This document shows, one piece after another, positions 41,100 through 50,072 of a stretch of 64,000 bases of DNA. The stretch's first letter is position 1, and each line of letters starts with the position of its first letter. Position numbers and translations under genes: made by a program. This stretch comes from an uncultured delta proteobacterium. GTDB taxonomy: Bacteria > Desulfobacterota > Binatia > UBA9968. Under the pieces are notes generated by a model. The model was given only the letters and a program-made list of their open reading frames with translations, ran no database searches and had not been told where the DNA came from. The stretch is from contig CAWDPO010000037.1 of NCBI GenBank assembly GCA_963804165.1, forward strand, positions 32,001 through 96,000, in the 5' to 3' direction.

Positions 41100-43180
41100 G
41101 CGATCCGATCCTCGGCCTGACCATGCTTGGGCTTATCGTGATCGCGATCATGATGGGTTTTCCGACCGCGTTTACGCTCATGGGACTGGGAATGGTCTTT
41201 GGCTTCTTGGCTTTCTGGCTTCCGGGTCAACACTGGTACGATAACCGGGTTTTCGATCTAATGGTCCAGCGGACTTACGGCGTCATGGTCAATGACACGC
41301 TGCTGTCGGTGCCGCTGTTTGTCTTCATGGGTTACATCATGGAACGAGCGGCACTGGTCGACCGGATGTTCCATAGCGTCCAGCTTGCGTTTCGGCGGGT
41401 GCCCGCGTCGCTTGCCGTGACGACGCTTCTAGTCTGCGCGTTCTGGGGGATCGCCTCGGGCATTGTCGGCGCCGTGGTGGTGCTGATGGGCGTGATTGCG
41501 TTGCGTCCGATGCTGAATGCCGGATACGACGTGCGACTCGCCTCCGGCGCGATTGCCGCAGGCGGCACCCTCGGCATATTGATCCCGCCTTCGGTGATGC
41601 TAATTGTCTACGCCGCCGTAGCCGGACAGTCGATCGTGAAACTGTACGCGGCGGCGATGCTGCCGGGCTTTTTCCTCACGTTCCTTTACCTCGTCTACAT
41701 TCTTGGCTGGGCAATCCTCAACCCGAAGATCGCGCCGAAGTTACCGGAAGGCCAATACCAGACCAAGGTGCCGGAATGGCTGAAGCGACTGGAGCGGGGC
41801 CCGTCTCGAAGAGTTGTCGGCGGTTTAATTACTGCCGCACTTCGGCCAGGGGCCCTGCGTGACACGCAAGCGCCAGACGGTGAGTTCATACGGTACGGTA
41901 CAATTCTCAAGAGTATCATCACGCTGCTGGTGCCGTTGACGCTCACGGTTGCCAGCTTCGGCGCTGCCTGGTGGTACGTCACCATTTACAACGCACCCGC
42001 ACAGACGGCAGCTGCCACTTCTGCATCGCAAAGCGTCTCGACACTGGGTGGAGCGACGGTTGCTGACGCTGAGAAGCCGCAGGAGCTCGGCACTGCCCAA
42101 GAAAAGCCCGAAGAGCTCGGCGCGGGGGAGAAACCGCAGGAGCTCGGCGGCGCGGAACCAACGGTGGAGTCAACGGAGCCGACGCCGACTGGCGAAACAC
42201 CGGTGCAGGAAGTGGACTCTGTAGGCGAGTCCACGGCCGCAGCGACGGCGGGAAAGATCCCGGAACACTTCTATGCCTGGTTCTGGGGATTCGCCGCGCT
42301 CGCCGCGGTGCTGCTCGCCATCTACTACTGGCGCATGGACGGCGATCAACTTGAGATCCTGAAGGAACTTGTGGTCTCCGTTGTGCCGCTGGGGGTGCTC
42401 ACTGTCGTAGTGCTCGCGGTGATCCTGTTCGGGATCACGACTGCGACCGAGTCAGCGGGGATCGGGGCGCTCGGCGCGCTGTATTTGGCGGTCATGATGA
42501 AGTACCCCAGCCGCGTTTGGTGGTCGAGCCTTGTTGGGGTGATCGTCGGCGTGGCACTCGGTTGGCCTCGCGGCGGTTTCGTGACGCTGCTTGTGTCGGG
42601 AACTCTCAGCGGCGTGTTTGTGGGAACCGCGGTGCCTTTCCTGTGGGCCCTGCCGCAGTCGCCCGAGCTGCGACAAAACCTCAAGGAGTCGGTATTCCTG
42701 ACGGCGAAAACGACCGCGATGGTGTGCTGGCTTTTCGTCGGCTCGGCGCTGTTTTCCAGCGTCTTTGCGCTGCACGGGGGCCAGGGACTGATCGAGCGCT
42801 GGGTACTCAGCATGAATCTCTCGCCGCTGGGATTTCTCTTCGTTTCTCAGCTGATTATATTCTTGCTGGGTTGGCCTCTCGAATGGACCGAGATCATCGT
42901 GATCTTCTGTCCGATCTTCATTCCACTATTGAGCCACTTCCAGGTGGACCCGATCCTGTTCGGCACCATGGTCGCGGTCAATCTGCAGGCGGCATTCCTG
43001 TCGCCGCCGGTGGCGATGTCGGCTTTCTACTTAAAGGGTGTGGCGCCGCCGCACGTTACGCTCAACCAAATTTTTGCAGGGATGATGCCGTACATGATCA
43101 TCGTCTGTATCTGTTTAATATTCATGTATGCGTGGCCGGGAATGACGCTGTGGTTGCCAGAGTTCCTATACGGCAATTAG
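41096..43180 (+). CDS. dctM: TRAP transporter large permease with large internal insertions (694 aa)
   Basis: LLSVPLFVFMG, GGTLGILIPPSVMLIVY, FLSPPVAMSAFYLKGV. ATGA overlap with dctQ. Confidence 0.9.
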   Translation: MSDPILGLTMLGLIVIAIMMGFPTAFTLMGLGMVFGFLAFWLPGQHWYDNRVFDLMVQRTYGVMVNDTLLSVPLFVFMGYIMERAALVDRMFHSVQLAFRRVPASLAVTTLLVCAFWGIASGIVGAVVVLMGVIALRPMLNAGYDVRLASGAIAAGGTLGILIPPSVMLIVYAAVAGQSIVKLYAAAMLPGFFLTFLYLVYILGWAILNPKIAPKLPEGQYQTKVPEWLKRLERGPSRRVVGGLITAALRPGALRDTQAPDGEFIRYGTILKSIITLLVPLTLTVASFGAAWWYVTIYNAPAQTAAATSASQSVSTLGGATVADAEKPQELGTAQEKPEELGAGEKPQELGGAEPTVESTEPTPTGETPVQEVDSVGESTAAATAGKIPEHFYAWFWGFAALAAVLLAIYYWRMDGDQLEILKELVVSVVPLGVLTVVVLAVILFGITTATESAGIGALGALYLAVMMKYPSRVWWSSLVGVIVGVALGWPRGGFVTLLVSGTLSGVFVGTAVPFLWALPQSPELRQNLKESVFLTAKTTAMVCWLFVGSALFSSVFALHGGQGLIERWVLSMNLSPLGFLFVSQLIIFLLGWPLEWTEIIVIFCPIFIPLLSHFQVDPILFGTMVAVNLQAAFLSPPVAMSAFYLKGVAPPHVTLNQIFAGMMPYMIIVCICLIFMYAWPGMTLWLPEFLYGN

Positions 43181-43308
43181 TGCCGCGGCGATAGGCGTCG
43201 CAGCCCTGCGTTCTCAGTCGTCGGGCATCCTCAACGTACTGACCACGTACGTTTCCGGTGCCCTTCTCCTTCGGGCCTTGGGCTGCTAGCTTCTCATTCG
43301 CGGCACCA
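43178..43308. repeat. MITE-like long hairpin element (about 130 bp)
   Basis: Nested inverted repeats gtgccgcg/cgcggcac, gcagccc/gggctgc, gggca/tgccc and aacgtac/gtacgtt, starting at the dctM stop codon. Confidence 0.7.
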
Positions 43309-43352
43309 AACGGAAAAGGTGACGATCGAGAACATTAATCTGGAGCAGAATA

Positions 43353-44693
43353 GTGAGCCTGACGAATCTTCATTTAATCTCTGCGTCGGAGGCCGTCCGT
43401 CTGATCCGCGATGGCGTAATCAGCTCGGAGCAGCTGGTCGAAGCCTGTTTAGCGCGCGTGGGTGAGATCGATTCAAAAGTTGAGGCCTGGGCGTTTCTCG
43501 ATCCTGATCACGTTCTCGCACAAGCGCGCGCGGCGGACACGCTTCGCTTGAGCGGTCAACCGATTGGCGAGTTGCACGGTGTGCCGATCGGCATCAAGGA
43601 TATTTTCGACACCGCCGATATGCCGACCGAGAATGGTTCGGTGATCTATGCCGGCCGCACGCCGTCGCGTGATGCGACGGTGGTTTCCATGTTGCGCGCA
43701 GCGGGCGCGGTGATCATGGGCAAGACCGTGACCACCGAGTTCGCCTATTTTTTTCCTGGTAAGACTCGTAATCCGCACAACTCCGAGCATACCCCCGGCG
43801 GTTCGTCGAGCGGCTCAGCGGCGGCGGTCGCCGCTAATATGGTTTCCCTCGCAATAGGCAGCCAGACGAACGGTTCCACTATTCGTCCCGCGGCCTATTG
43901 CGGCGTCGTCGGTTTCAAGCCGACACATGGTTTGATTTCTCGCCACGGCGCATTTGCGCTCTCCCGGACGCTCGATCATGTCGGGCTGTTTGCACGTTCC
44001 ATCGACGACATCGCATTGCTCGCTGCACAGCTTGTTGGATTCGACGAGCACGACGCCGACACGCGCCCGCGAGCGCGCATCCCCTTCGTTGACGTCGGCG
44101 CCGAAGAGCCGCCGTTGCCGCCGATGTTTGCGTTTATTAAGACACCCATGTGGGAACGCGCCGACGAAGATACTAGAGAAGGCTTTGCCGAAATCATCGA
44201 ACAACTTGGTACACAGGTGGAGGAAGTCGAGCTTTTTCCGTCGGCGGAGGAAGCGTGGCAGTGGCACCAGAATATCATGAGCGCGGAAATGGCGCTGAAT
44301 CTCGAGCGCGAATGGAAGCATGGCCGCGATCAGCTATCGGAACAATTGCGCGCGCAGATCGAGCGCGGCCATGAGGTTCGCGCGGTTGACTATCAACGAG
44401 CGTTGGCCCGGATCAATCCAATCCACGAAAGTTTTGTCGAATTGTTCGAGCAGCGTTACGATGCAATTCTCACTCCTGCCGCGCCGAGCGCCGCGCCTAA
44501 AGGTCTTGCCTCCACTGGCGATCCCTCGTTCTGCACACTTTGGACATTGTGCGGCATGCCATGCGTCACATTACCACTGCTGCAAAGCGCGGACGGTCTA
44601 CCGCTCGGCGTACAGCTCGTCGGCCCGCGGCTCGGCGACGCGCGTCTGTTGCGCACGGCGCGATGGCTGGCGGCGAAGATTGCCGTGGCGTGA
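43353..44693 (+). CDS. Amidase signature family protein
   Basis: LHGVPIGIKD, TPGGSSSGSAAAVA, GSQTNGSTIRPAAYCG. Confidence 0.93.
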   Translation: MSLTNLHLISASEAVRLIRDGVISSEQLVEACLARVGEIDSKVEAWAFLDPDHVLAQARAADTLRLSGQPIGELHGVPIGIKDIFDTADMPTENGSVIYAGRTPSRDATVVSMLRAAGAVIMGKTVTTEFAYFFPGKTRNPHNSEHTPGGSSSGSAAAVAANMVSLAIGSQTNGSTIRPAAYCGVVGFKPTHGLISRHGAFALSRTLDHVGLFARSIDDIALLAAQLVGFDEHDADTRPRARIPFVDVGAEEPPLPPMFAFIKTPMWERADEDTREGFAEIIEQLGTQVEEVELFPSAEEAWQWHQNIMSAEMALNLEREWKHGRDQLSEQLRAQIERGHEVRAVDYQRALARINPIHESFVELFEQRYDAILTPAAPSAAPKGLASTGDPSFCTLWTLCGMPCVTLPLLQSADGLPLGVQLVGPRLGDARLLRTARWLAAKIAVA

Positions 44694-44695
44694 GC

Positions 44696-44719
44696 GTGGC
44701 GACCGCCGGTCGCCACTAC
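44696..44719 (-). repeat. GTAG-type REP hairpin
   Basis: Minus strand GTAG-TGGCGACC-GGC-GGTCGCCA-C between convergent genes. Confidence 0.6.
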
Positions 44720-44742
44720 AGAGCCGCAATTCAGCGCAAAAC

Positions 44743-45108
44743 CTAATCGTTAGACAGCTCGATGCGATTTCCGTTCGGGTCCGTGATGTAAACTGAATAG
44801 CCCGGGCCGTCGCCATGTATGCGCGTCTCTTCGACTTTGATGCCCTTGTCTTGCAGCTCTTTGATTAGATCCTTGGGGTCGCTTGGCCCTTCGATGTCGA
44901 ACGTGTGATGCGGGACCTGCGGCGCGCGTTTCTCAGAGGCGTCGAAAAGACCGAGACCGGTCTCCCCGGCGCGCAGCCGGTTCACTTTGACGCCGGCCAC
45001 CGTGTGCTGGGTGCGCAACTCGGCGCCTAACGCACCCTGGTAAAAGCGCGTCATCGCATCTAAGTTCTCCGCGTGAAAATTCCATGACCGCAAGCGCAAT
45101 ACTTTCAT
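44743..45108 (-). CDS. VOC/glyoxalase family protein
   Basis: GGAGG RBS. ENLDAMTRFYQGALG, HHTFDI, SVYITDPNGNRIEL. Confidence 0.88.
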   Translation of the reverse strand: MKVLRLRSWNFHAENLDAMTRFYQGALGAELRTQHTVAGVKVNRLRAGETGLGLFDASEKRAPQVPHHTFDIEGPSDPKDLIKELQDKGIKVEETRIHGDGPGYSVYITDPNGNRIELSND

Positions 45109-45237
45109 GGCACTCCCTCCTTGGTGATTTGGTATTGACTCACTAGGATCAAAGTAGCAGGGACCGACGATAGAGGATTGAGGATCGCTACTGTCAATCA
45201 TCGATGTTTGTCGCCTCACTTTCACCAGCCTGTCAAT

Positions 45238-46080
45238 TCAGTGGCTCCAGGCGTGATAGGAGCTGCGCACGAGGGGGCCGGACTCGACGTGACGAAAGCC
45301 CAGCTTTTCTGCTTCGACTTTGAATCCCAGAAATTCTTCCGGGGTGACGTAGCGTTCGACTTTGAGTTGGCGGTTGGACGGCTGCAGATACTGGCCGATG
45401 GTGACGATGTCGACTTTTTGTTCGCGCAGATCGCACAGCGTCGTCATCACTTCCTCGCTTGTTTCGCCGACGCCGAGCATGAAACCGGACTTGGTAAGCA
45501 CGCCGGCGCGAAATTTTTTCGCTTCATGCAAAATATTCAACGAACATTCGTAAGTGTGCCCGGGTCGTACTTTGCCGTAAAGGCGCGGCACGGTTTCGAT
45601 ATTGTGATTGAGGATTTCTATCCCGGATTCGACCACGGTTTTGAGCGCCTGCAAGTTGCCTTCAAAGTCGGGAATCAGCAGTTCCACGCGAATACCGGGA
45701 TTGAGCGCCTTGATCCAGAACACGGTCTTGGCAAAATGCGCTGCGCCACCGTCGGGAAGATCGTCGCGATTGACCGAAGTCACAACGATGTGATCCAAGC
45801 CGAGATCTTTGACGACAAGACCGATATTGCGCGGCTCCTCGGGATCGAGGGCGAGCGGTTTGCCTTTGTCGATGGCGCAAAAACGGCAGCCGCGCGTGCA
45901 GGTGTCGCCGAGAATCAAAAACGTCGCGGTCTTGTTGCCCCAACATTCGCCGATGTTCGGGCAGCGCGCCTCTTCGCAGACCGTGTGGAGGTTTTTCTCC
46001 CGCATGATCCGTTTCAGGCGGAGGTAGTTGGGACTACCTGGACCTTTGACTTTTATCCAGTCGGGATGTCGGCGGGGCAT
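45238..46080 (-). CDS. lipA: Lipoyl synthase
   Basis: HTVCEEARCPNIGECW, CTRGCRFC, GPLVRSSYHA. Confidence 0.97.
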   Translation of the reverse strand: MPRRHPDWIKVKGPGSPNYLRLKRIMREKNLHTVCEEARCPNIGECWGNKTATFLILGDTCTRGCRFCAIDKGKPLALDPEEPRNIGLVVKDLGLDHIVVTSVNRDDLPDGGAAHFAKTVFWIKALNPGIRVELLIPDFEGNLQALKTVVESGIEILNHNIETVPRLYGKVRPGHTYECSLNILHEAKKFRAGVLTKSGFMLGVGETSEEVMTTLCDLREQKVDIVTIGQYLQPSNRQLKVERYVTPEEFLGFKVEAEKLGFRHVESGPLVRSSYHAWSH

Positions 46081-46091
46081 TTACTTAACGG

Positions 46092-46133
46092 GTTCCGATC
46101 GTTCAAGTCGTTCAAAACGTTTCAATCGTTGCG
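46092..46133. repeat. 9-bp tandem repeat overlapping the lipB stop
   Basis: gttccgatc gttcaagtc gttcaaaac gtttcaatc gtt. Confidence 0.65.
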
Positions 46134-46807
46134 TCGGATTCGGAATTCAACGCACCGGTGTGGCAATCGAATTCCAAGCCTTCTTTGACGTCGGCATAGC
46201 CGAATAGTTCAGCGAAGTGACGGAGAAAACTATCTCTTACCCGCTCTGCGTTTTGCTCTTTGCCAAGCTCTTTCGCCATCGAAGTTACGTCGGCCCAAGC
46301 GAGACCGCAGGGGATGATGCGCTTGAAGTAAATTAGATCCGGATTCACGTTCAGTGCCAGGCCGTGGAAGGTGATACAGCGGCGCACGGCCACGCCGATG
46401 GCGGCGATCTTTTGATCGCCGATCCAAATTCCCGTGAAGGGTGGCCGGCGCGTGCCTGTAAGGCCGAAGTCTTTCAAGGTTCGAATGGTGGATAATTCGA
46501 GATTCCGCACGTAACGATGCACGTCCTTGCGCAGCTTCGAGCGCAGATCGATGATGGGATAAACCACTAATTGCCCGGGACCATGATAAGTCACATCGCC
46601 GCCTCGACTGGTGCGGTAGACTGGAACGTCCTTAGCGCTCAGAACATTCGATTCCTTACCGCCGCGGCCAAGAGTGTAAACATGGGGATGCTCGACGAAA
46701 AGTAGAATGTCGGCGGAGGACTCACGCTGCTTAGATTCGACGAGGCGTTCTTGCAACTTGAGGACAGCGAGATAGTCCACCCGCCCAAGATCCTGGTAGT
46801 GAAGCAT
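46112..46807 (-). CDS. lipB: Octanoyltransferase
   Basis: EHPHVYTLGR, RGGDVTYHGPGQLVVYPI, KIAAIG, TFHGLALNV, IIPCGL. Confidence 0.96.
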   Translation of the reverse strand: MLHYQDLGRVDYLAVLKLQERLVESKQRESSADILLFVEHPHVYTLGRGGKESNVLSAKDVPVYRTSRGGDVTYHGPGQLVVYPIIDLRSKLRKDVHRYVRNLELSTIRTLKDFGLTGTRRPPFTGIWIGDQKIAAIGVAVRRCITFHGLALNVNPDLIYFKRIIPCGLAWADVTSMAKELGKEQNAERVRDSFLRHFAELFGYADVKEGLEFDCHTGALNSESDATIETF

Positions 46808-46940
46808 GATCTAAACTTTTATCGTCCGCGCCTTCGACTTTCAAGTTACATCGTTTTTGTTCGGCTATCGTATCCTTGCTCTCCCGCGGTCACTGCGCGT
46901 AGAATCGCGAAACTTAGCCGGCCACAAGAAGCTCACTGCC

Positions 46941-48092
46941 ATGCCCCGCATCTTCGACAATATAGATCAGCAACTGCTTCCCGCGTTGCGCGAGACGCTT
47001 GAGATTTCTTCGAGAGCTGACTTTTGCGTCGGTTATTTTAATCTCCGCGGATGGAAGCAGATTGATTCCTATATCGAATCTTGGGCCGGTGGGGATAGCC
47101 ACTGTTGCCGTTTGCTCGTCGGGATGGCGAAGCTCCCTCAGGATGAGCTTCTCGATGCGTTCAGTCTCGTCAGGCATGACGATGAACTCGACAATCAGAC
47201 GGCAGTTCGGCTGAAAAACCGGCTCGCCGAAGAGTTTCGAGCCCAACTGACGATCGGCATGCCGACCAACGACGATGAAGCGGGACTGCGTCGACTCGCA
47301 GCTCAGATCAGAGCCAAGAAAGTCGTAGTAAAACTATTTCTCCGTCATCCCCTACACGCAAAACTCTATTTGCTTCATTTGCCACATCCCATCAATCCGA
47401 TCGTTGGTTACTTGGGAAGCAGCAACCTTACGTTCGCAGGTCTGGCGAAACAGGGCGAACTTAACGTCGACGTGCTAGATCACGACGCTTGCAACAAGTT
47501 AGCTAGGTGGTTCGAAGACCGTTGGAACGACCGCTGGTGCATGTTCTACAGCGGGACAGGGCGGCACAGAATCTTTTACTCACGAAAGGTCGGCTACTTC
47601 CTGCAAATTCTGAACTTCGTATCGCGAGTTCTCGACGGCAAAGGCGGCAGTCGTCCTCCGTCTGAGTTTAAAGACCTTGGATTCACAACGGAAGAACACG
47701 CCGCGCACACGTTGTGTTGCCTTAACTCGAATTTGTTCTACTGGTTTGTAACCGTATTTTCCGATTGCCGTCACGTCAACAAGCGCGAAATCGACGCATT
47801 CCCCATCAATCTCCAAGCATTGGCTGCAAGTACGGCAAAGAAGCCGCTCTTGAAATTGGCCAGAACTTTGATGGACGATTTGCAAAGGAATTCTGAGAAC
47901 CGGACGATGCGATTTCATCACGACACGTTGACCGTTCAGTGTATCTATCCGAAATCCAGCAAGTCTATCATCGACGAAATCGACCGGGTGCTGGCGGCGC
48001 ACTACGGGTTCACGGATGAGGAGTTGGACTTCATTATCAATTACGACATCAAGTACCGGATGGGGCGCGACGCGGAAATCGAAAAGGAATGA
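46941..48092 (+). CDS. Chimeric ORF: PLD-family nuclease N-terminus fused to the C-terminus of an Eco57I/TaqI-like methyltransferase
   Basis: MPRIFDNI...CVGYFNLRGW...LHAKLY...GSSNLT...GELN...WFEDRW resembles the N-terminus of PLD-SNF2 helicases. LNSNLFYWF...SKSIIDEIDRVLAAHYGFTDEELDFIINYDIKYRMG resembles an MTase C-terminus. Helicase and MTase catalytic motifs are absent. Confidence 0.8.
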   Translation: MPRIFDNIDQQLLPALRETLEISSRADFCVGYFNLRGWKQIDSYIESWAGGDSHCCRLLVGMAKLPQDELLDAFSLVRHDDELDNQTAVRLKNRLAEEFRAQLTIGMPTNDDEAGLRRLAAQIRAKKVVVKLFLRHPLHAKLYLLHLPHPINPIVGYLGSSNLTFAGLAKQGELNVDVLDHDACNKLARWFEDRWNDRWCMFYSGTGRHRIFYSRKVGYFLQILNFVSRVLDGKGGSRPPSEFKDLGFTTEEHAAHTLCCLNSNLFYWFVTVFSDCRHVNKREIDAFPINLQALAASTAKKPLLKLARTLMDDLQRNSENRTMRFHHDTLTVQCIYPKSSKSIIDEIDRVLAAHYGFTDEELDFIINYDIKYRMGRDAEIEKE

Positions 48093-48139
48093 GCGCTCCG
48101 GCAGGAACCGTTACTAAGCGTTGTAAGAAATAGAGATAG

Positions 48140-48391
48140 ATGGACTACATATTAACCCAGCATGCTCAAGACTTGCTCTTGAGACGGAATATTCCAATCG
48201 CTTGGATCGAGCGCACCCTTGACGCTCCCGCTAAAATTGACTCTGACCGGATTGACGACACGCTGGAGCACCGCTTGGCGCCTATACCTGAGCATGGTCA
48301 TCGTGTGCTCCGTGTGATAATTAATAAGTCATCGAATCCTGTGAGGGTTGTGACGTTCTATTTTGATAGGAATATGAGGGACAGAATATGA
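48140..48391 (+). CDS. DUF4258 (RelE/BrnT-like) putative toxin
   Basis: LTQHAQDLLLRRNIP...RVLRVII...VRVVTFYFDR. ATGA overlap with the next gene. Confidence 0.8.
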   Translation: MDYILTQHAQDLLLRRNIPIAWIERTLDAPAKIDSDRIDDTLEHRLAPIPEHGHRVLRVIINKSSNPVRVVTFYFDRNMRDRI

Positions 48392-48588
48392 AACTCAAAA
48401 TCGACCGCGAAGCTGACGCACTATATTTGACCCTTGATGATTCTAAAATCATTGACTCAGAAGAGGTGTCTCCGGGAATCGTCGTTGATCTCAATGACGA
48501 AAACCAGATAGTGGGCATTGAAATCTTGCACCTCTCAAAGCGCTCACCGAGATTAAACGCTCGGGCGCTACAATTTGAAACAGTCTAA
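48388..48588 (+). CDS. DUF2283 putative antitoxin
   Basis: MKLKIDREADALYLTL...EEVSPGIVVDLN...IVGIEIL. Confidence 0.85.
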   Translation: MKLKIDREADALYLTLDDSKIIDSEEVSPGIVVDLNDENQIVGIEILHLSKRSPRLNARALQFETV

Positions 48589-48594
48589 ATTGCA

Positions 48595-48834
48595 ATGGAA
48601 GCGAAACTGACATTTAAATACGATCGTCAAGGAGACATTCTCTACATCAACAAGACGCCACCCTATCCCGAACAGGAGTCTGAGGAACTGGGTGACGAGG
48701 TCATCGCCAGGCTCAACCCAAAAACCGGGGAGATCGAAAATCTCGACGTATTGTTTTTCTCAACTCGGCTCCTTCGTAGCGATTTGTTTGAACTGGCCAT
48801 CACTGCGGACCTGCGTTTAGCGAGAAAGAACTAG
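48595..48834 (+). CDS. Second DUF2283-like protein
   Basis: LTFKYDRQGDILYI...EELGDEVIARLNPKTGEIENLDVLFFS. Confidence 0.75.
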   Translation: MEAKLTFKYDRQGDILYINKTPPYPEQESEELGDEVIARLNPKTGEIENLDVLFFSTRLLRSDLFELAITADLRLARKN

Positions 48835-48989
48835 CTAAGAAATAAAGGAAACGCGCTCAAGCGTGCAACCGCAGCCCATGCCTCGGCTCAAAATGATTTT
48901 ACCGTCTTGAGTCGCTCCTGTAGAGATAATCCGTCAGTTAGAGGAACAGCCGTATCGCTGGCCCATCGATCTCGCGTAGAACTTCATGG

Positions 48990-49541
48990 ATGAATCCAAC
49001 GGTACTCAACTCAACCGCCGCTGATTATCCCGCCCGTTTGCGTGAGCGTTTGGGCGAACACGCTCCCAAAACCTTGACCGCCCTTGGCGCCGTCGCATCG
49101 CTGTCACAACCTAAAGCTGCACTGTTTTGCTCTGTCCGTTGCCCCGGTGACGCTATCCTTCGGGCCTACGACGTGGCCCGAAAACTCCGCGATGAAGGCG
49201 TGACCATCGTTAGTGGGTTTCACTCGCCTGTGGAGAAGGAATGCCTGCGGATTCTCTTACGAGGCAAACAGCCTATTATCATTTGTTTGGCGCGCTCTCT
49301 GGAGAAGATTCGAATACCGGTTGCATGGCGCGGAGGGTTAGATACTGGTCGCTTGCTCCTGCTCTCGCCATTCGAGAAGCGTCCGAGACGCCCGACAGTC
49401 GAATCGTCACATCAACGAAACGACCTCGTGGCAGCCTTGGCCGACGAGGTTCTGATCATCCACGCTGAACCGGGCGGGAGCATCGAGCAAATTAGCAAGT
49501 TGGTTGACCGTTGGAGCGTCCCAAGACGAGAATTGGGATAA
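48990..49541 (+). CDS. Short DprA/SMF (SLOG) family protein
   Basis: DYPARLRE...ALFCSVRCPG...IVSGFHSPVEKECL...RNDLVAALADEVLIIHAEPGG. No C-terminal HTH. Confidence 0.8.
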   Translation: MNPTVLNSTAADYPARLRERLGEHAPKTLTALGAVASLSQPKAALFCSVRCPGDAILRAYDVARKLRDEGVTIVSGFHSPVEKECLRILLRGKQPIIICLARSLEKIRIPVAWRGGLDTGRLLLLSPFEKRPRRPTVESSHQRNDLVAALADEVLIIHAEPGGSIEQISKLVDRWSVPRRELG

Positions 49542-49560
49542 GCCCCGACTACATACTACG

Positions 49561-49929
49561 ATGTCACGCTTGAAGGAAAACAAACCCCGCGAGCGACGGA
49601 TTGAAATGGAGGTTGTCGTCGACGCGTACAACTCTGAGGAGCGGGCGATGGGCTGGTATTATTACCTTGAGGAGAGGCTGAAATTCCCCTTTAAAGCCCG
49701 CTGCAAATCCAAGCGCGAGGTCTCACCTTTGCGCCTTGGGGAAGAGGTCGAAGTCCTAGGGATGGCTCCCGAAGCGGAGTGTGGATCTGAAATGTTTGTT
49801 CGCGTGCGGTGGAGTGACCGCAGACTGGCGGTGCCGCTGTCGCAGTTGGAACCGTTGGCAGCGGACGCTAAAACCAAGGACGCCGTTGCTGATTGGCATT
49901 ACTGGGTGGGCCGGGGCTATGAATTCTGA
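49561..49929 (+). CDS. CcbP-like (calcium-binding family) protein
   Basis: RIEMEVVVDAYNSEERAMGWYYYLEERLKFPFKARC...LAVPLSQL...AVADWHYWV. Confidence 0.75.
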   Translation: MSRLKENKPRERRIEMEVVVDAYNSEERAMGWYYYLEERLKFPFKARCKSKREVSPLRLGEEVEVLGMAPEAECGSEMFVRVRWSDRRLAVPLSQLEPLAADAKTKDAVADWHYWVGRGYEF

Positions 49930-50072
49930 GTTTCGCATCGGATACGAGATGAAACCCTTTCTGCGGCACGAGACCAAGAGCGACTTCGAATAAGAATTTT
50001 CCGGGTGTTGATTTCGATGTTGTCCCGGGCCTATTTCTATTGTGAGCTCGTGGAAAATTTGGCGCAATCCAT

